Positions 27,928 through 38,759 of a stretch of DNA of 40,450 nt are shown here, in pieces (position 1 is the stretch's first letter; every line of letters starts with the position of its first letter). The translations under genes were made by a program, and so were the position numbers. The DNA comes from a virus. Taxonomy: Duplodnaviria; Heunggongvirae; Uroviricota; Caudoviricetes. The stretch lies in the IMG/VR virus record IMGVR_UViG_647533158_000004. The stretch is one strand, 5' to 3'. The notes below the pieces were generated by a model. That model had not been told where the DNA came from. It did not search any database and saw only the letters and a list, made by a program, of their open reading frames with translations.

Positions 27928-29755
27928 ATTTGAGCTTAAGGCGTTGATCACCGGTGTCGACAGGCTTTCTCCCGCGCTGTCGAAAATGCAAAAGAAAATC
28001 CGGGGATTTAAACGCCAGGCGGAAGAAGCGTCACAGGGTGGGCTGGCGCTTGGTGGCGGACTGGCAGCGGGTCTGACGCTTTCCCTGAAATCTTATGCCG
28101 ATCAGGAAAACGCCGCCACCGGGCTGAAAGTCGCCATGATGGATGCGAACGGCGAGGTTGGAAAGCGCTTTCAGGACATCAATAAACTGGCTATTGGCCT
28201 GGGTAACCAGCTACCCGGTACAACAGCTGATTTTCAGAACATGATGCAGATGCTGGTGCGTCAGGGGATCCCGGCAGAAAACATTCTTGGCGGTGTGGGT
28301 AAAGCGACAGCTTATCTTGCGGTACAACTGAAAAAAACACCGGAAGCGGCTGCCGAGTTTGCCGCAAAGATGCAGGATGCTACCGGAACGGTCTCAGAAG
28401 ACATGATGGGGCTGTTCGACACAATTCAGAAGGCGTTTTATCTGGGCGTTGACGACACCAACATGCTGTCATTCTTCACTAAAACCAGCTCTGTTCTGAA
28501 GATGGTGAACAAGGACGGTCTTCAGGCTGCACAGAGTCTTGCCCCCATCAGTGTCATGATGGATCAGATGGGGATGAACGGGGAGTCGGCAGGTAATGCC
28601 CTGCGAAAAGTTATCCAGTCCGGATTAAGCGTTAAGAAAATCAGGGACGTCAATAAAGTCATGGCCCGCCAGAAACTCGGGGTACAGCTCGATTTTACTG
28701 ACGGCAAAGGAAGTTTTGGCGGTCTTGATAACATGTTCAGGCAACTGGCAAAGCTGCGAAAACTGACCGACGTTAAGCGAACAGGTGTACTTAAGGCAAT
28801 ATTTGGTGATGATGCCGAAACCCTTCAGGTGGTCAATGCACTGATCGATAAAGGAAAGGATGGCTACGATCAGATCCAGCAGAAGATGAATAAACAGGCC
28901 AGCCTGAATAAACGTGTTCAGGCCCAGCTTGGTACGCTGTCCAACCTGTGGGAGGCAATGACGGGGACCGCAACTAACGGCCTTGCGGCTATTGGCGGCG
29001 CATTTTCTGGTGACGCCAAAAATATCACGCAATGGCTGGGGGAGTTGGGGGAAAAATTCACGAAGTTTGCGGATGAAAATCCCCGGGTTATTCGCGGCGT
29101 CGTCGGGCTTGCTGCCGGTCTTGCGATTCTGAAACTGGGATTGATGGGCGTTGGCGGTGCCATCAGTATTGTCAGCAGGATCATGTCGATGACGCCGATT
29201 GGAATGATTGCGACGGCGATAGCCCTGGCTGCGGGATTAATTATCACTAACTGGGATGTTGTAGGACCTTATTTCAAGAAGCTCTGGGAAACCATTGGTC
29301 CTTATTTTGAGGCTGGCCGGGAACTTCTGAAGAAGGTTTTTGCCTGGTCGCCGCTGGGGATGGTAATCAATAACTGGGGACCGGTTGTTAAGTGGTTTCA
29401 GGATATGTGGGACAAGCTGAAGCCAATTATTGAGTGGTTTACCGACAGTTCCGGTGACACGGTCGATGCCATTAACTCTGCGCAGTGGGGCGCGGGTGCT
29501 TATGATGCTTATGGGACGGGAATACCGGCGCGGGGATACACACCTTATCCGGTGGTGGATCCGGCTCAGTCAAACAACGCCTCCGGTGCCACAGGCCCGA
29601 ATCCCTTCATGATTAACAAAGCTTCTGCGCCAAAAGTTGATGGTGAGATCAAGGTCTCTTTTGTGAATTCGCCTCCGGGTATGCGGGTTATGGAAACGCG
29701 ATCCAGCGGTTTTGATGTCAGCCATGATGTTGGCTATACGCGCTTTGGCAGGTAA
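27920..29755 (+). CDS. Tail tape measure protein
   Basis: 611 aa, Ala/Gly-rich helical protein with hydrophobic segment, after the chaperone pair. Confidence 0.9.
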   Translation: MAEFELKALITGVDRLSPALSKMQKKIRGFKRQAEEASQGGLALGGGLAAGLTLSLKSYADQENAATGLKVAMMDANGEVGKRFQDINKLAIGLGNQLPGTTADFQNMMQMLVRQGIPAENILGGVGKATAYLAVQLKKTPEAAAEFAAKMQDATGTVSEDMMGLFDTIQKAFYLGVDDTNMLSFFTKTSSVLKMVNKDGLQAAQSLAPISVMMDQMGMNGESAGNALRKVIQSGLSVKKIRDVNKVMARQKLGVQLDFTDGKGSFGGLDNMFRQLAKLRKLTDVKRTGVLKAIFGDDAETLQVVNALIDKGKDGYDQIQQKMNKQASLNKRVQAQLGTLSNLWEAMTGTATNGLAAIGGAFSGDAKNITQWLGELGEKFTKFADENPRVIRGVVGLAAGLAILKLGLMGVGGAISIVSRIMSMTPIGMIATAIALAAGLIITNWDVVGPYFKKLWETIGPYFEAGRELLKKVFAWSPLGMVINNWGPVVKWFQDMWDKLKPIIEWFTDSSGDTVDAINSAQWGAGAYDAYGTGIPARGYTPYPVVDPAQSNNASGATGPNPFMINKASAPKVDGEIKVSFVNSPPGMRVMETRSSGFDVSHDVGYTRFGR

Positions 29756-29815
29756 TGAAAAATTAATCTGTTAATGAGTCCCACTCCGGTGGGATTTTTT
29801 ATGTACGGAGTTTAT

Positions 29816-31144
29816 ATGACGTGGAAAGACAGACTTCAGGACGCGTCATTTCGCGGTGTGCCGTTTAAGGTTGAAGAAGAAAGTGCGGGAACCGGTCGTC
29901 GTGTGGAAACGCACGAATACCCGAACCGCGACAAACCCTATACCGAAGACCTGGGGAAAATCACTTTCCGCCCGTCCATCACAGCTTATGTGGTGGGAGA
30001 TGACTGCTTTGACCAGCGCGATCGCCTGATTGACGCGCTGAATAAACCCGGTCCCGGCACGCTTGTCCATCCGACTTACGGTGAGCTGAAAGTCTGTGTT
30101 GATGGGGAAGTTCGGGTCAGCACATCGAAGAGTGAAGGGCGTATTGTCCGCTTTGACCTGAAGTTTGTCGAAGCGGGAGAACTCTCTTACCCCACTTCAG
30201 GTGCGGCGACGGCGCAGACGCTGATGTCATCCTGTTCTGCACTGGATGACTGCATCAGTGACAGCTTCAGTGGTTTCAGTATCGATGGCGTGGCAGATTT
30301 TGTGCAGAACGACGTCGTCGGTAATGCCAGCACAATGCTTGGGTATGTTTCTGATGCGATGAAAGTGGTGGATTCTGCCGTATCGGATGCCGCCAGGCTG
30401 TTGCAGGGGGATATCTCGGTACTTCTGCCGCCGCCATCGTCAGGCAAAAATTTCGTTGAGCAGGTGCAGAAAATGTGGCGTACCGGGAAACGCCTTTATG
30501 GTAACGCCAGCGACCTGGTCACCATGATCAAAACGCTTTCCGGTGTCAGCCTCGGCAGCGATCTGCAACCGCGCGGCGTCTGGAAAACGGACAGTAAAAC
30601 CACCGCTACGGCGACGCAGCAGCGTAACGTGGTTGCCAGCACCCTTCGTACGACCGCAATCAGCGAAGCGGCGTATGCCGTCACCCGATTGCCTGCGCCA
30701 ACAACTTCCGCGGTGATGCAGAATGCCACAGTGGGGCAGGCAACAACACCTGCGCAGAGCACTGGCTGGCCTTCCGTCACGCATCCGGCACTGAACAATG
30801 CACCGGCGGTGAAAAACACGGTTGACCTGCCGACGTGGGAAGAACTGACTGACATTCGCGACACACTGAATACGGCAATTGATAAGGAGTTGTCCCGAAC
30901 AACCAGTGATGCGCTGTTTCTGGCGCTGCGCCGGGTGAAAGCGGATCTGAATGCGGATATCAACACGCGCCTTGAACAGTCTGCACGGATTATTCAGCGC
31001 ACACCGGATGAGGTTTTACCCGCGCTGGTGCTGGCGGCGACCTGGTTTGATAACGCGGCGCGTGACGCGGACATTATCCGGCGTAATGCCATTACGCATC
31101 CCGGATTTGTGCCGGTGATCCCTCTGAAGGTGCCAGTGCAATGA
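29816..31144 (+). CDS. DNA circularisation protein (Mu gpN-like)
   Basis: GGAG then ATG at 29816; position after tape measure. Confidence 0.8.
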   Translation: MTWKDRLQDASFRGVPFKVEEESAGTGRRVETHEYPNRDKPYTEDLGKITFRPSITAYVVGDDCFDQRDRLIDALNKPGPGTLVHPTYGELKVCVDGEVRVSTSKSEGRIVRFDLKFVEAGELSYPTSGAATAQTLMSSCSALDDCISDSFSGFSIDGVADFVQNDVVGNASTMLGYVSDAMKVVDSAVSDAARLLQGDISVLLPPPSSGKNFVEQVQKMWRTGKRLYGNASDLVTMIKTLSGVSLGSDLQPRGVWKTDSKTTATATQQRNVVASTLRTTAISEAAYAVTRLPAPTTSAVMQNATVGQATTPAQSTGWPSVTHPALNNAPAVKNTVDLPTWEELTDIRDTLNTAIDKELSRTTSDALFLALRRVKADLNADINTRLEQSARIIQRTPDEVLPALVLAATWFDNAARDADIIRRNAITHPGFVPVIPLKVPVQ

Positions 31145-32220
31145 ACGACAATGTCACGCTACGGGTAAATGGCCGGGAGTGGAATGGCTGGACATCGGTG
31201 CGCATCGGTGCCGGTATTGAACGGCTGGCGCGGGATTTCAGTGTGGAGATCACCCGCCAGTGGCCGGGAGATGAGGGTATCACCACGCTTCAGCCGCGCA
31301 TTAAAAACGGTTCAAAAGTGGAGGTGCTGATTGGTGATGAGCTGGTGATCACCGGCTGGGTGGAGGCGACGCCCGTTCGTTACGATGCCCGTTCGGTCAG
31401 CACCGGTATTGCCGGACGCAGTCTGACCGCTGACCTGATTGACTGTGCAGCCAAACCGACACAGTTTAACGGACGATCGCTGGTACAGATTGCGCAGGCG
31501 CTTGCTGCGCCTTTCGGCATTGAGGTGGTGAACAACGGTGCGCCGTCGGGTGTTATTCCTGACGTCCAGCCTGATCACGGTGAAACGGTGATTGAGGTAA
31601 TCAACAAAATACTCGGTCAGCAGCAGGCACTGGCTTACGACGACCCGCACGGCAGGCTGGTGATTGGCGGTATTGGCTCAACGCGGGCACATACTGCGCT
31701 GGTACTTGGGGAAAACATCCTTTCCTGCGATACGGAGAAGAGTATCCGGGAGCGGTTTTCTGTTTACCAGGTGGCGGGGCAGCGTGCCGGAAACGACGAT
31801 GATTTCGGTGAGGCCACCACCACCGCGCTGCGGGCCCGCACAGAGGACGCATTTATTTCCCGTTACCGTCCGATGTATATCAGGCAGACAGGGCAGGCCA
31901 CGGGGGCAGGCTGTATTGCCCGTGCTGACTTTGAAGCCCGACAACGGGCGGCGCGGACGGATGAAACCACCTATGTGGTGCAGGGCTGGCGACAGGGTAA
32001 CGGTACGCTGTGGCAGCCCAACCAGCGGGTGATTGTCTTTGATCCGGTCTGTGGTTTCGACAATACCGAACTGCTTGTCTCGGAAGTCACGTTTACTCAG
32101 GACCAGAACGGCACCCTGACGGAAATCCGTGTCGGCCCACCTGATGCTTATCTGCCTGAACCCGAAGCCCCCGGCGCGCGGAAAAAGAAAAAAGCCAGAG
32201 TACAGGAGGACCCGTTCTGA
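31141..32220 (+). CDS. Baseplate hub protein (Mu gpP/gp44-like)
   Basis: 359 aa in Mu-type baseplate gene order. Confidence 0.8.
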   Translation: MNDNVTLRVNGREWNGWTSVRIGAGIERLARDFSVEITRQWPGDEGITTLQPRIKNGSKVEVLIGDELVITGWVEATPVRYDARSVSTGIAGRSLTADLIDCAAKPTQFNGRSLVQIAQALAAPFGIEVVNNGAPSGVIPDVQPDHGETVIEVINKILGQQQALAYDDPHGRLVIGGIGSTRAHTALVLGENILSCDTEKSIRERFSVYQVAGQRAGNDDDFGEATTTALRARTEDAFISRYRPMYIRQTGQATGAGCIARADFEARQRAARTDETTYVVQGWRQGNGTLWQPNQRVIVFDPVCGFDNTELLVSEVTFTQDQNGTLTEIRVGPPDAYLPEPEAPGARKKKKARVQEDPF

Positions 32221-32768
32221 TGAGGACGATTGAAGCCATGCAGCGACAACTCCTCGGCCTGATTGGGCGGGCCGTGGTGAAAAGCATCAGTGCCGCCACG
32301 AAATGTCAGACCGTGGATGTGTCCCTGATTGCCGGTGAACCCAATGCCGGGGTTGAACATCTTGAACCCTACGGTTTTACCGCAAGGGCAAACAGCGGTG
32401 CGGAAGCGGTGGTGTTGTTTCCGGATGGTGACCGTTCTCATGCGGTAGTTGTTACGGTGTCGGACCGGCGCTACCGCCTGAAAGGGCTGCAGACGGGTGA
32501 GGTGGCGGTCTATGACGATCAGGGGCAGTCCGTGACGCTGACCCGGGAGGGGATCGTGGTGGATGGTGCAGGTAAAACGATCACGTTTCGCAATGCACCT
32601 GAAGCACGTTTTGAAATGGACCTGGAAGTGACAGGACAGGTGAAAGACCTGTGCGACTCCGGCGGCACCACCATGTCAGCGATGCGGCTTGCCTATAACG
32701 GGCATCGTCACAGAGAGAACGGTCAGGGCAGTAACACCGACAAACCTGATAAAGCGATGGAGGCATGA
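32220..32768 (+). CDS. Baseplate assembly/spike protein (Mu gp45-like)
   Basis: 182 aa, coupled within the baseplate operon. Confidence 0.75.
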   Translation: MRTIEAMQRQLLGLIGRAVVKSISAATKCQTVDVSLIAGEPNAGVEHLEPYGFTARANSGAEAVVLFPDGDRSHAVVVTVSDRRYRLKGLQTGEVAVYDDQGQSVTLTREGIVVDGAGKTITFRNAPEARFEMDLEVTGQVKDLCDSGGTTMSAMRLAYNGHRHRENGQGSNTDKPDKAMEA

Positions 32769-33193
32769 TGGAACTGTGGCTGACGGTGAACGGTAAACGC
32801 ACCTGCGCCAGCGCACCGCTGGATCCGCTGACCCGCGCCGTGGTGATTTCCCTGTTTACCTGGCGGCGGGCGGAGCCTGATGACAACGCCGACGTCCCGA
32901 TGGGATGGTGGGGGGATACCTGGCCTGCGGTACAGAATGACCGTTACGGCTCCCGACTGTGGCTGCTTCAGCGCAGCAAACTGACCAATCAGCTGGTGCA
33001 GACGGTAAGGGGTTATATCCGCGAATGCCTGCAATGGATGATTGATGACGGCGTGGTGTCCCGTATTGATCTGGATATCCGTCGCACCGGGATTAATGAA
33101 CTGGGTAACAGTATCACTCTCTGGCGTCGTGACGGACCGGTAATGATTTCTTTTGATGATCTGTGGAGTGCGATAACGCATGGCGGACAGTGA
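32765..33193 (+). CDS. Baseplate protein (Mu gp46-like)
   Basis: 142 aa; position. Confidence 0.75.
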   Translation: MMELWLTVNGKRTCASAPLDPLTRAVVISLFTWRRAEPDDNADVPMGWWGDTWPAVQNDRYGSRLWLLQRSKLTNQLVQTVRGYIRECLQWMIDDGVVSRIDLDIRRTGINELGNSITLWRRDGPVMISFDDLWSAITHGGQ

Positions 33194-34238
33194 ATTTCAG
33201 CGCCCGACGCTGGCAGAAAATATCAGTATGCTCCGTAACGATTTATTCGCCAGGCTGGACGTCAGCGACACGCTCCGGCGCATGGATGAAGACGTGCGGG
33301 CAAAGGTGTATGCGGCGGCGCTGCATACGGTCTACGGTTACATCGATTATCTGGCAATGAATATGCTGCCTGACCTGTGCGATGAGTCCTGGCTGGCGCG
33401 ACATGCTGCGATGAAACGGTGTCCGCGCAAGGGAGCCACGGTTGCCAGCGGGTATATGCGCTGGGAAGGTGTCAGCGATGGCCTGAAGGTGACTGCCGGG
33501 AGTGTTATTCAGCGCGATGACCTGGTGCAGTACACGACAACTGACGATGCAATCAGCTCCGGTGGTGTCCTGCGCGTGCCGATCGCCTGCTCAAGTGCAG
33601 GTGCGGTCGGTAACGCTGACGACGGTACGGCATTAATCCTGGTCACGCCGGTGAATGGTCTGCCGTCTTCCGGTGTGGCTGACACCCTGACAGGCGGATT
33701 TGATACTGAAGAGCTGGAAACGTGGCGCGCCCGCGTCATTGAGCGGTATTACTGGACGCCGCAGGGCGGGGCTGACGGGGACTATGTCGTCTGGGCTAAA
33801 GAAGTGCCTGGCATTACCCGCGCATGGACATACCGACACTGGATGGGAACGGGGACTGTCGGTGTGATGATTGCCAGCAGTGACCTGATTAATCCCATTC
33901 CGGAAGAATCAACGGAAACGGCGGCAAGACAACATATCGGGCCACTGGCCCCGGTGGCAGGCTCTGATTTGTATGTGTTCAGGCCGGTGGCACATACGGT
34001 GGATTTTCATATCCGTGTGACGCCGGACACACCGGAAATACGGGCTGCCATCACCGCGGAGTTGCGTTCGTTCCTGCTGCGTGATGGTTATCCGCAGGGA
34101 GAACTGAAGGTGTCACGTATTAGTGAAGCGATTTCCGGTGCGAACGGGGAATACAGCCATCAGTTGCTTGCACCGGCGGACAATATCACCATTGCGAAAA
34201 ATGAACTGGCGGTTCTGGGGGCGATTTCATGGACGTGA
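33180..34238 (+). CDS. Baseplate J-like wedge protein (Mu gp47-like)
   Basis: 352 aa; position. Confidence 0.85.
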   Translation: MADSEFQRPTLAENISMLRNDLFARLDVSDTLRRMDEDVRAKVYAAALHTVYGYIDYLAMNMLPDLCDESWLARHAAMKRCPRKGATVASGYMRWEGVSDGLKVTAGSVIQRDDLVQYTTTDDAISSGGVLRVPIACSSAGAVGNADDGTALILVTPVNGLPSSGVADTLTGGFDTEELETWRARVIERYYWTPQGGADGDYVVWAKEVPGITRAWTYRHWMGTGTVGVMIASSDLINPIPEESTETAARQHIGPLAPVAGSDLYVFRPVAHTVDFHIRVTPDTPEIRAAITAELRSFLLRDGYPQGELKVSRISEAISGANGEYSHQLLAPADNITIAKNELAVLGAISWT

Positions 34239-34813
34239 CAAACGATGATTACATCCGTCTGTTGTCAGCACTGTTGCCGCCCGGTCCGGCGTGGTCAGCC
34301 AGCGATCCGGCGATTGCCGGTGCGGCACCGTCATTAACCCGCGTTCATCAGCGTGCGGATGCCCTGATGCGGGAGCTGGATCCGCGCACCACCACTGAAC
34401 TGATAAATCGCTGGGAGCGTCTGTGCGGCCTGCCGGATGAATGTATTCCTACAGGGACACAGACCCTTCGCCAGCGTCAGCAACGGCTGGATGCGAAGGT
34501 TAACCTGGCGGGCGGCATCAACGAGAATTTTTATCTTGCACAGCTTGCTGCCCTGGGCAGACCGGATGCCAACATCACGCGATACGACAAAAGCACATTC
34601 ACCTGCTCATCGGCCTGTACTGACGCGGTGAATGCGCCTGAATGGCGGTATTACTGGCAGGTCAACATGCCAGCCGCCACCAACACCACCTGGATGACAT
34701 GTGGCGATCCCTGTGATTCCGCGCTGCGTATATGGGGCGACACCGTTGTCGAGTGTGTGCTTAACAAACTCTGCCCGTCGCATACCTATGTGATTTTTAA
34801 ATATCCGGAGTAA
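34229..34813 (+). CDS. ymfQ: Tail protein (Mu gp48 / YmfQ-like)
   Basis: 194 aa directly upstream of the tail fibre gene, as ymfQ is in e14. Confidence 0.75.
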   Translation: MDVTNDDYIRLLSALLPPGPAWSASDPAIAGAAPSLTRVHQRADALMRELDPRTTTELINRWERLCGLPDECIPTGTQTLRQRQQRLDAKVNLAGGINENFYLAQLAALGRPDANITRYDKSTFTCSSACTDAVNAPEWRYYWQVNMPAATNTTWMTCGDPCDSALRIWGDTVVECVLNKLCPSHTYVIFKYPE

Positions 34814-34816
34814 TCC

Positions 34817-35599
34817 ATGCATCGTATAGACACGAAAACCGCGCAGAAGGATAAGTTCGGCGCGGGTAAGAACGGTTTTACCCGTGGTAACCCCCAGACC
34901 GGCACGCCTGCCACCGATCTGGATGATGACTACTTTGACATGTTGCAGGAGGAGCTTTGCAGCGTTGTGGAGGCATCCGGTGCCAGCCTGGAGAAGGGGC
35001 GGCATGACCAGCTGCTTACCGCGCTTCGTGCGCTGCTGTTAAGCCGCAAGAATCCGTTTGGCGATATCAAATCGGATGGCACGGTGAAAACAGCTCTCGA
35101 AAACCTTGGTTTGGGAGAAGGCTCAGCATTACCCGTTGGTGTGCCTGTTCCGTGGCCTTCAGCCACTCCGCCAACAGGCTGGCTGAAATGCAACGGAGCA
35201 GCTTTTTCTGCTGAAGAATACCCGGAACTGGCAAAGGCTTATCCGACAAATAAATTACCTGATTTACGCGGTGAGTTTATTCGTGGCTGGGATGACGGAC
35301 GTGGAGTGGATAACGGAAGGGGATTATTAACGCTTCAGGACGGTGCGATTGTCAGTCATAACCACTATTGGGGAATCTGGACTTCACGAACTAACGACCA
35401 GACTCTGGGAAGTTTTACAGGCACCACGATTTTAAAACAAATCACGCCCCTGTCTCCAGCCATTGACTTCGATAATTACCCAATTCCCAACCCGGCTATT
35501 ACAGAGGGTGGTGTTGTTGCGGCAACGACTAAACCTGCAGGTGCGAATGAAACACGCCCACGAAATGTCGCTTTTAACTATATTGTGAGGGCTGCATAA
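34817..35599 (+). CDS. Tail fibre protein: constant N-terminus fused to currently expressed variable C-terminus
   Basis: 260 aa; crossover site at 35100-35120 separates constant from variable part. Confidence 0.85.
   Translation: MHRIDTKTAQKDKFGAGKNGFTRGNPQTGTPATDLDDDYFDMLQEELCSVVEASGASLEKGRHDQLLTALRALLLSRKNPFGDIKSDGTVKTALENLGLGEGSALPVGVPVPWPSATPPTGWLKCNGAAFSAEEYPELAKAYPTNKLPDLRGEFIRGWDDGRGVDNGRGLLTLQDGAIVSHNHYWGIWTSRTNDQTLGSFTGTTILKQITPLSPAIDFDNYPIPNPAITEGGVVAATTKPAGANETRPRNVAFNYIVRAA
35100..35120 (+). repeat. Left inverted repeat / recombination site of the invertible segment
   Basis: AAAACCTTGGTTTGGGAGAAG; its reverse complement occurs at 36951-36971 with one mismatch. Confidence 0.85.
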
Positions 35600-36201
35600 T
35601 GAATAACGCAGAATTAAACAGTGAATTAATTGCCACTATGGCAGGAGAAATTACTGTTTATAACTTTGACGTCATGAGTCGGGAGTATATTTCAGCTTCA
35701 ACTGAATATCTTGCTGTTGGTGTCGGCATTCCGGCATATTCCTGTTTAGATGCTCCAGGCACCTACAAAGCTGGTTATGCAATCTGCCGCTCTGCAGATT
35801 TTAACTCATGGGAATATGTACCAGACCATCGCGGTGAAATCGTCTATAACACCGAAACGGGAGACGCCAAAGAAATCACAACTCCGGGTGATTACCCCGA
35901 AAAAACAACCACTATCGCCCCGTTAACGCCATACGATAAATGGGATGGTGAGAAATGGGTGACGGATACTGAGACACAGCATAGCGCCGCAGTAGACGCG
36001 GCAGAAGCACAACGTCAGTCACTGATTGATACTGCAATGGCTTCCATTAGTCTGATTCAACTGAAATTGCAGGCCGGGCGGAAGCTGATGCAGGCAGAGA
36101 CCACCCGACTTAACACTGTGCTGGATTACATTGACGCGGTGACGGCAACAGATATCAGCACCGCGCCGGATGTCATCTGGCCTGTACTGCCGGAGGCGTA
36201 G
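35599..36201 (+). CDS. Tail fibre assembly protein (orientation currently coupled to expressed fibre)
   Basis: 200 aa, coupled to the tail fibre gene; C-terminal region resembles that of the oppositely oriented chaperone. Confidence 0.85.
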   Translation: MNNAELNSELIATMAGEITVYNFDVMSREYISASTEYLAVGVGIPAYSCLDAPGTYKAGYAICRSADFNSWEYVPDHRGEIVYNTETGDAKEITTPGDYPEKTTTIAPLTPYDKWDGEKWVTDTETQHSAAVDAAEAQRQSLIDTAMASISLIQLKLQAGRKLMQAETTRLNTVLDYIDAVTATDISTAPDVIWPVLPEA

Positions 36202-36604
36202 GCCATTCAATATCTGGCGCACTGGAAGTATCGACCATTTCCAGTGCGTCCAGGTAATCCAGCCACAAATTATATTGCGCCAGTTCCTCACCTTTCAGAC
36301 GACCAATCGCCGCTTTACCAGGCCATTGTTTGCTGTTCATGTATTCGTTGGCCTGATTAACTAATCGCTGTTTATTTGATTCAGCGATTGAGATTAATTC
36401 TTCGCTGGTAAGTGGTGGCGCATCCTGCCATGCTGGAAAACCATTTTTATCTGAACCAAGTATTTTACCATCAGGCCATGCAACTCCTGCGAACTCAGAA
36501 TAAATAGTAAAGTTTATTTTCGTAGCGTTCTCAGGAATGGTTTGGCTATCTGGTGAAATATAAAATCCCGAATCAGAGGGATTAAAATAATATGTCTTTT
36601 CCAT
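36173..36604 (-). CDS. Alternative tail fibre assembly protein (inverted orientation)
   Basis: 143 aa on minus strand within invertible segment; conserved C-terminal motif (WPTPP). Confidence 0.8.
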   Translation of the reverse strand: MEKTYYFNPSDSGFYISPDSQTIPENATKINFTIYSEFAGVAWPDGKILGSDKNGFPAWQDAPPLTSEELISIAESNKQRLVNQANEYMNSKQWPGKAAIGRLKGEELAQYNLWLDYLDALEMVDTSSAPDIEWPTPPAVQAR

Positions 36605-36606
36605 AG

Positions 36607-36950
36607 TTAATACCCCACAGCCATCCAGTAAATTGAATTTGTTGTAGCAGAAGTGTAAGTAAATCTGATTTTAGTTCTGTTGGTACTTCCAATATCAAAG
36701 CCCACAGAACGGGCAGAAGGATCATTAGTTGAAATAAGAGCGTTTACCGAACGACAAGCAGCAGGGAAAGCTACAGGTAATGTTATATCAACTGTTCCAA
36801 CACTTCCTCCGGTTGGTGAGACAGAAAAACTCCCCCATTGAATAATCATCCCCCCAGGTAATTTCTGGTATCCATTGGCGGTCAATGAGTTACCAAAGCT
36901 GTTCATATCCGGTACCTGATTTTCTCCTGTCCCCACATTCCTCTTTGCCG
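36607..36950 (-). CDS. Alternative tail fibre variable C-terminal segment (expressed only after inversion)
   Basis: Minus-strand frame begins at the right inverted repeat, encoding GLGE in the same frame as the constant fibre part; lacks its own N-terminus. Confidence 0.7.
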
Positions 36951-36971
36951 CTTCTCCCAAACCAACGTTTA
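36951..36971 (-). repeat. Right inverted repeat / recombination site
   Basis: CTTCTCCCAAACCAACGTTTT, reverse complement of the left site. Confidence 0.85.
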
Positions 36972-37031
36972 TGAAAATGCAGAAATAACGAGCAAATGGC
37001 ATCATTCCTGCTTTTGTCAGGGAGATCTACC

Positions 37032-37586
37032 ATGCTTATTGGCTATGTACGTGTGTCAACAAATGACCAGAACACAGATCTACAACGTAATGCGCTGAAC
37101 TGTGCAGGATGCGAGCTGATTTTTGAAGACAAGATAAGCGGTACAAAGTCCGAAAGGCCGGGACTGAAAAAACTGCTCAGGACATTATCGGCAGGTGATA
37201 CGCTGGTGGTCTGGAAACTGGACCGACTGGGGCGCAGTATGCGGCATCTTGTCGTGCTGGTGGAGGAGTTGCGCGAACGAGGCATCAACTTTCGTAGTCT
37301 GACGGATTCAATTGATACCAGTACCCCAATGGGGCGCTTTTTCTTTCATGTGATGGGTGCCCTGGCTGAAATGGAGCGTGAACTGATTGTTGAAAGAACA
37401 AAAGCTGGACTGGAAGCTGCTCGCGCACAGGGACGAATTGGTGGACGTCGTCCCAAACTTACACCAGAACAATGGGAACAGGCCGGACGATTAATTGCAT
37501 CAGGAGTTCCTCGCCAGAAGGTGGCGATTATCTATGATGTTGGTGTGTCAACTTTGTATAAGAGGTTTCCTGCAGGGGATAAATAA
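37032..37586 (+). CDS. pin: Serine DNA invertase (Pin/Gin/Hin family)
   Basis: GGGAG then ATG at 37032; 184 aa with catalytic serine context (MLIGYVRVSTNDQ) and C-terminal HTH. Confidence 0.9.
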   Translation: MLIGYVRVSTNDQNTDLQRNALNCAGCELIFEDKISGTKSERPGLKKLLRTLSAGDTLVVWKLDRLGRSMRHLVVLVEELRERGINFRSLTDSIDTSTPMGRFFFHVMGALAEMERELIVERTKAGLEAARAQGRIGGRRPKLTPEQWEQAGRLIASGVPRQKVAIIYDVGVSTLYKRFPAGDK

Positions 37587-37692
37587 AGTTAAAGACACTT
37601 TGTGTACAAAAGAAAGTAAAACAACAGCAACTTGTTGCAATTTTATCAATAAAAGTAGTATTGTCGTGAAAAATTGATTAAAGATTAATATT

Positions 37693-38526
37693 ATGCATGT
37701 TTTTGATAATAATGGAATTGAACTGAAAGCTGAGTGTTCGATAGGTGAAGAGGATGGTGTTTATGGTCTAATCCTTGAGTCGTGGGGGCCGGGTGACAGA
37801 AACAAAGATTACAATATCGCTCTTGATTATATCATTGAACGGTTGGTTGATTCTGGTGTATCCCAAGTCGTAGTATATCTGGCGTCATCATCAGTCAGAA
37901 AACATATGCATTCTTTGGATGAAAGAAAAATCCATCCTGGTGAATATTTTACTTTGATTGGTAATAGCCCCCGCGATATACGCTTGAAGATGTGTGGTTA
38001 TCAGGCTTATTTTAGTCGTACGGGGAGAAAGGAAATTCCTTCCGGCAATAGAACGAAACGAATATTGATAAATGTTCCAGGTATTTATAGTGACAGTTTT
38101 TGGGCGTCTATAATACGTGGAGAACTATCAGAGCTTTCACAGCCTACAGATGATGAATCGCTTCTGAATATGAGGGTTAGTAAATTAATTAAGAAAACGT
38201 TGAGTCAACCCGAGGGCTCTAGGAAACCAGTTGAGGTAGAAAGACTACAAAAAGTTTATGTCCGAGACCCGATGGTAAAAGCTTGGATTTTACAGCAAAG
38301 TAAAGGTATATGTGAAAACTGTGGTAAAAATGCTCCGTTTTATTTAAATGATGGAAACCCATATTTGGAAGTGCATCATGTAATTCCCCTGTCTTCAGGT
38401 GGTGCTGATACAACAGATAACTGTGTTGCCCTTTGTCCGAATTGCCATAGAGAATTGCACTATAGTAAAAATGCAAAAGAACTAATCGAGATGCTTTACG
38501 TTAATATAAACCGATTACAGAAATAA
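37693..38526 (+). CDS. mcrA: HNH-type restriction endonuclease McrA
   Basis: 277 aa; C-terminal HNH motif (CENCG ... HHVIPLSSGG ... CPNCH); length, pin-adjacent position and remembered sequence match e14 McrA. Confidence 0.85.
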   Translation: MHVFDNNGIELKAECSIGEEDGVYGLILESWGPGDRNKDYNIALDYIIERLVDSGVSQVVVYLASSSVRKHMHSLDERKIHPGEYFTLIGNSPRDIRLKMCGYQAYFSRTGRKEIPSGNRTKRILINVPGIYSDSFWASIIRGELSELSQPTDDESLLNMRVSKLIKKTLSQPEGSRKPVEVERLQKVYVRDPMVKAWILQQSKGICENCGKNAPFYLNDGNPYLEVHHVIPLSSGGADTTDNCVALCPNCHRELHYSKNAKELIEMLYVNINRLQK

Positions 38527-38759
38527 AATTATTTATTAAAGTCACATTTAAGACGTAATACCCTACAGGGTAAAATTTTTCTCTGATCTTAACTTCTGCA
38601 AATGTTAACTGCTATTTTTATGCTAAAAATGGTTATCAAAACTCAAAAACACATGTTTATAATCAATGAGTTATAGAAATGCTAAGGGCTAATGAGTTAT
38701 ATGCAAATTAGTAAAATTATGTTGCTATGTCAAATAGTTACGATTTAGTCATCTAACTA

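Larger units (their letters stand above)
35100..36971. mobile_element. Invertible tail-fibre segment (G/P-segment-like host-range switch)
   Basis: Bounded by inverted repeats; holds two alternative fibre C-termini and two assembly chaperones in opposite orientation; invertase gene immediately outside. Confidence 0.85.
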
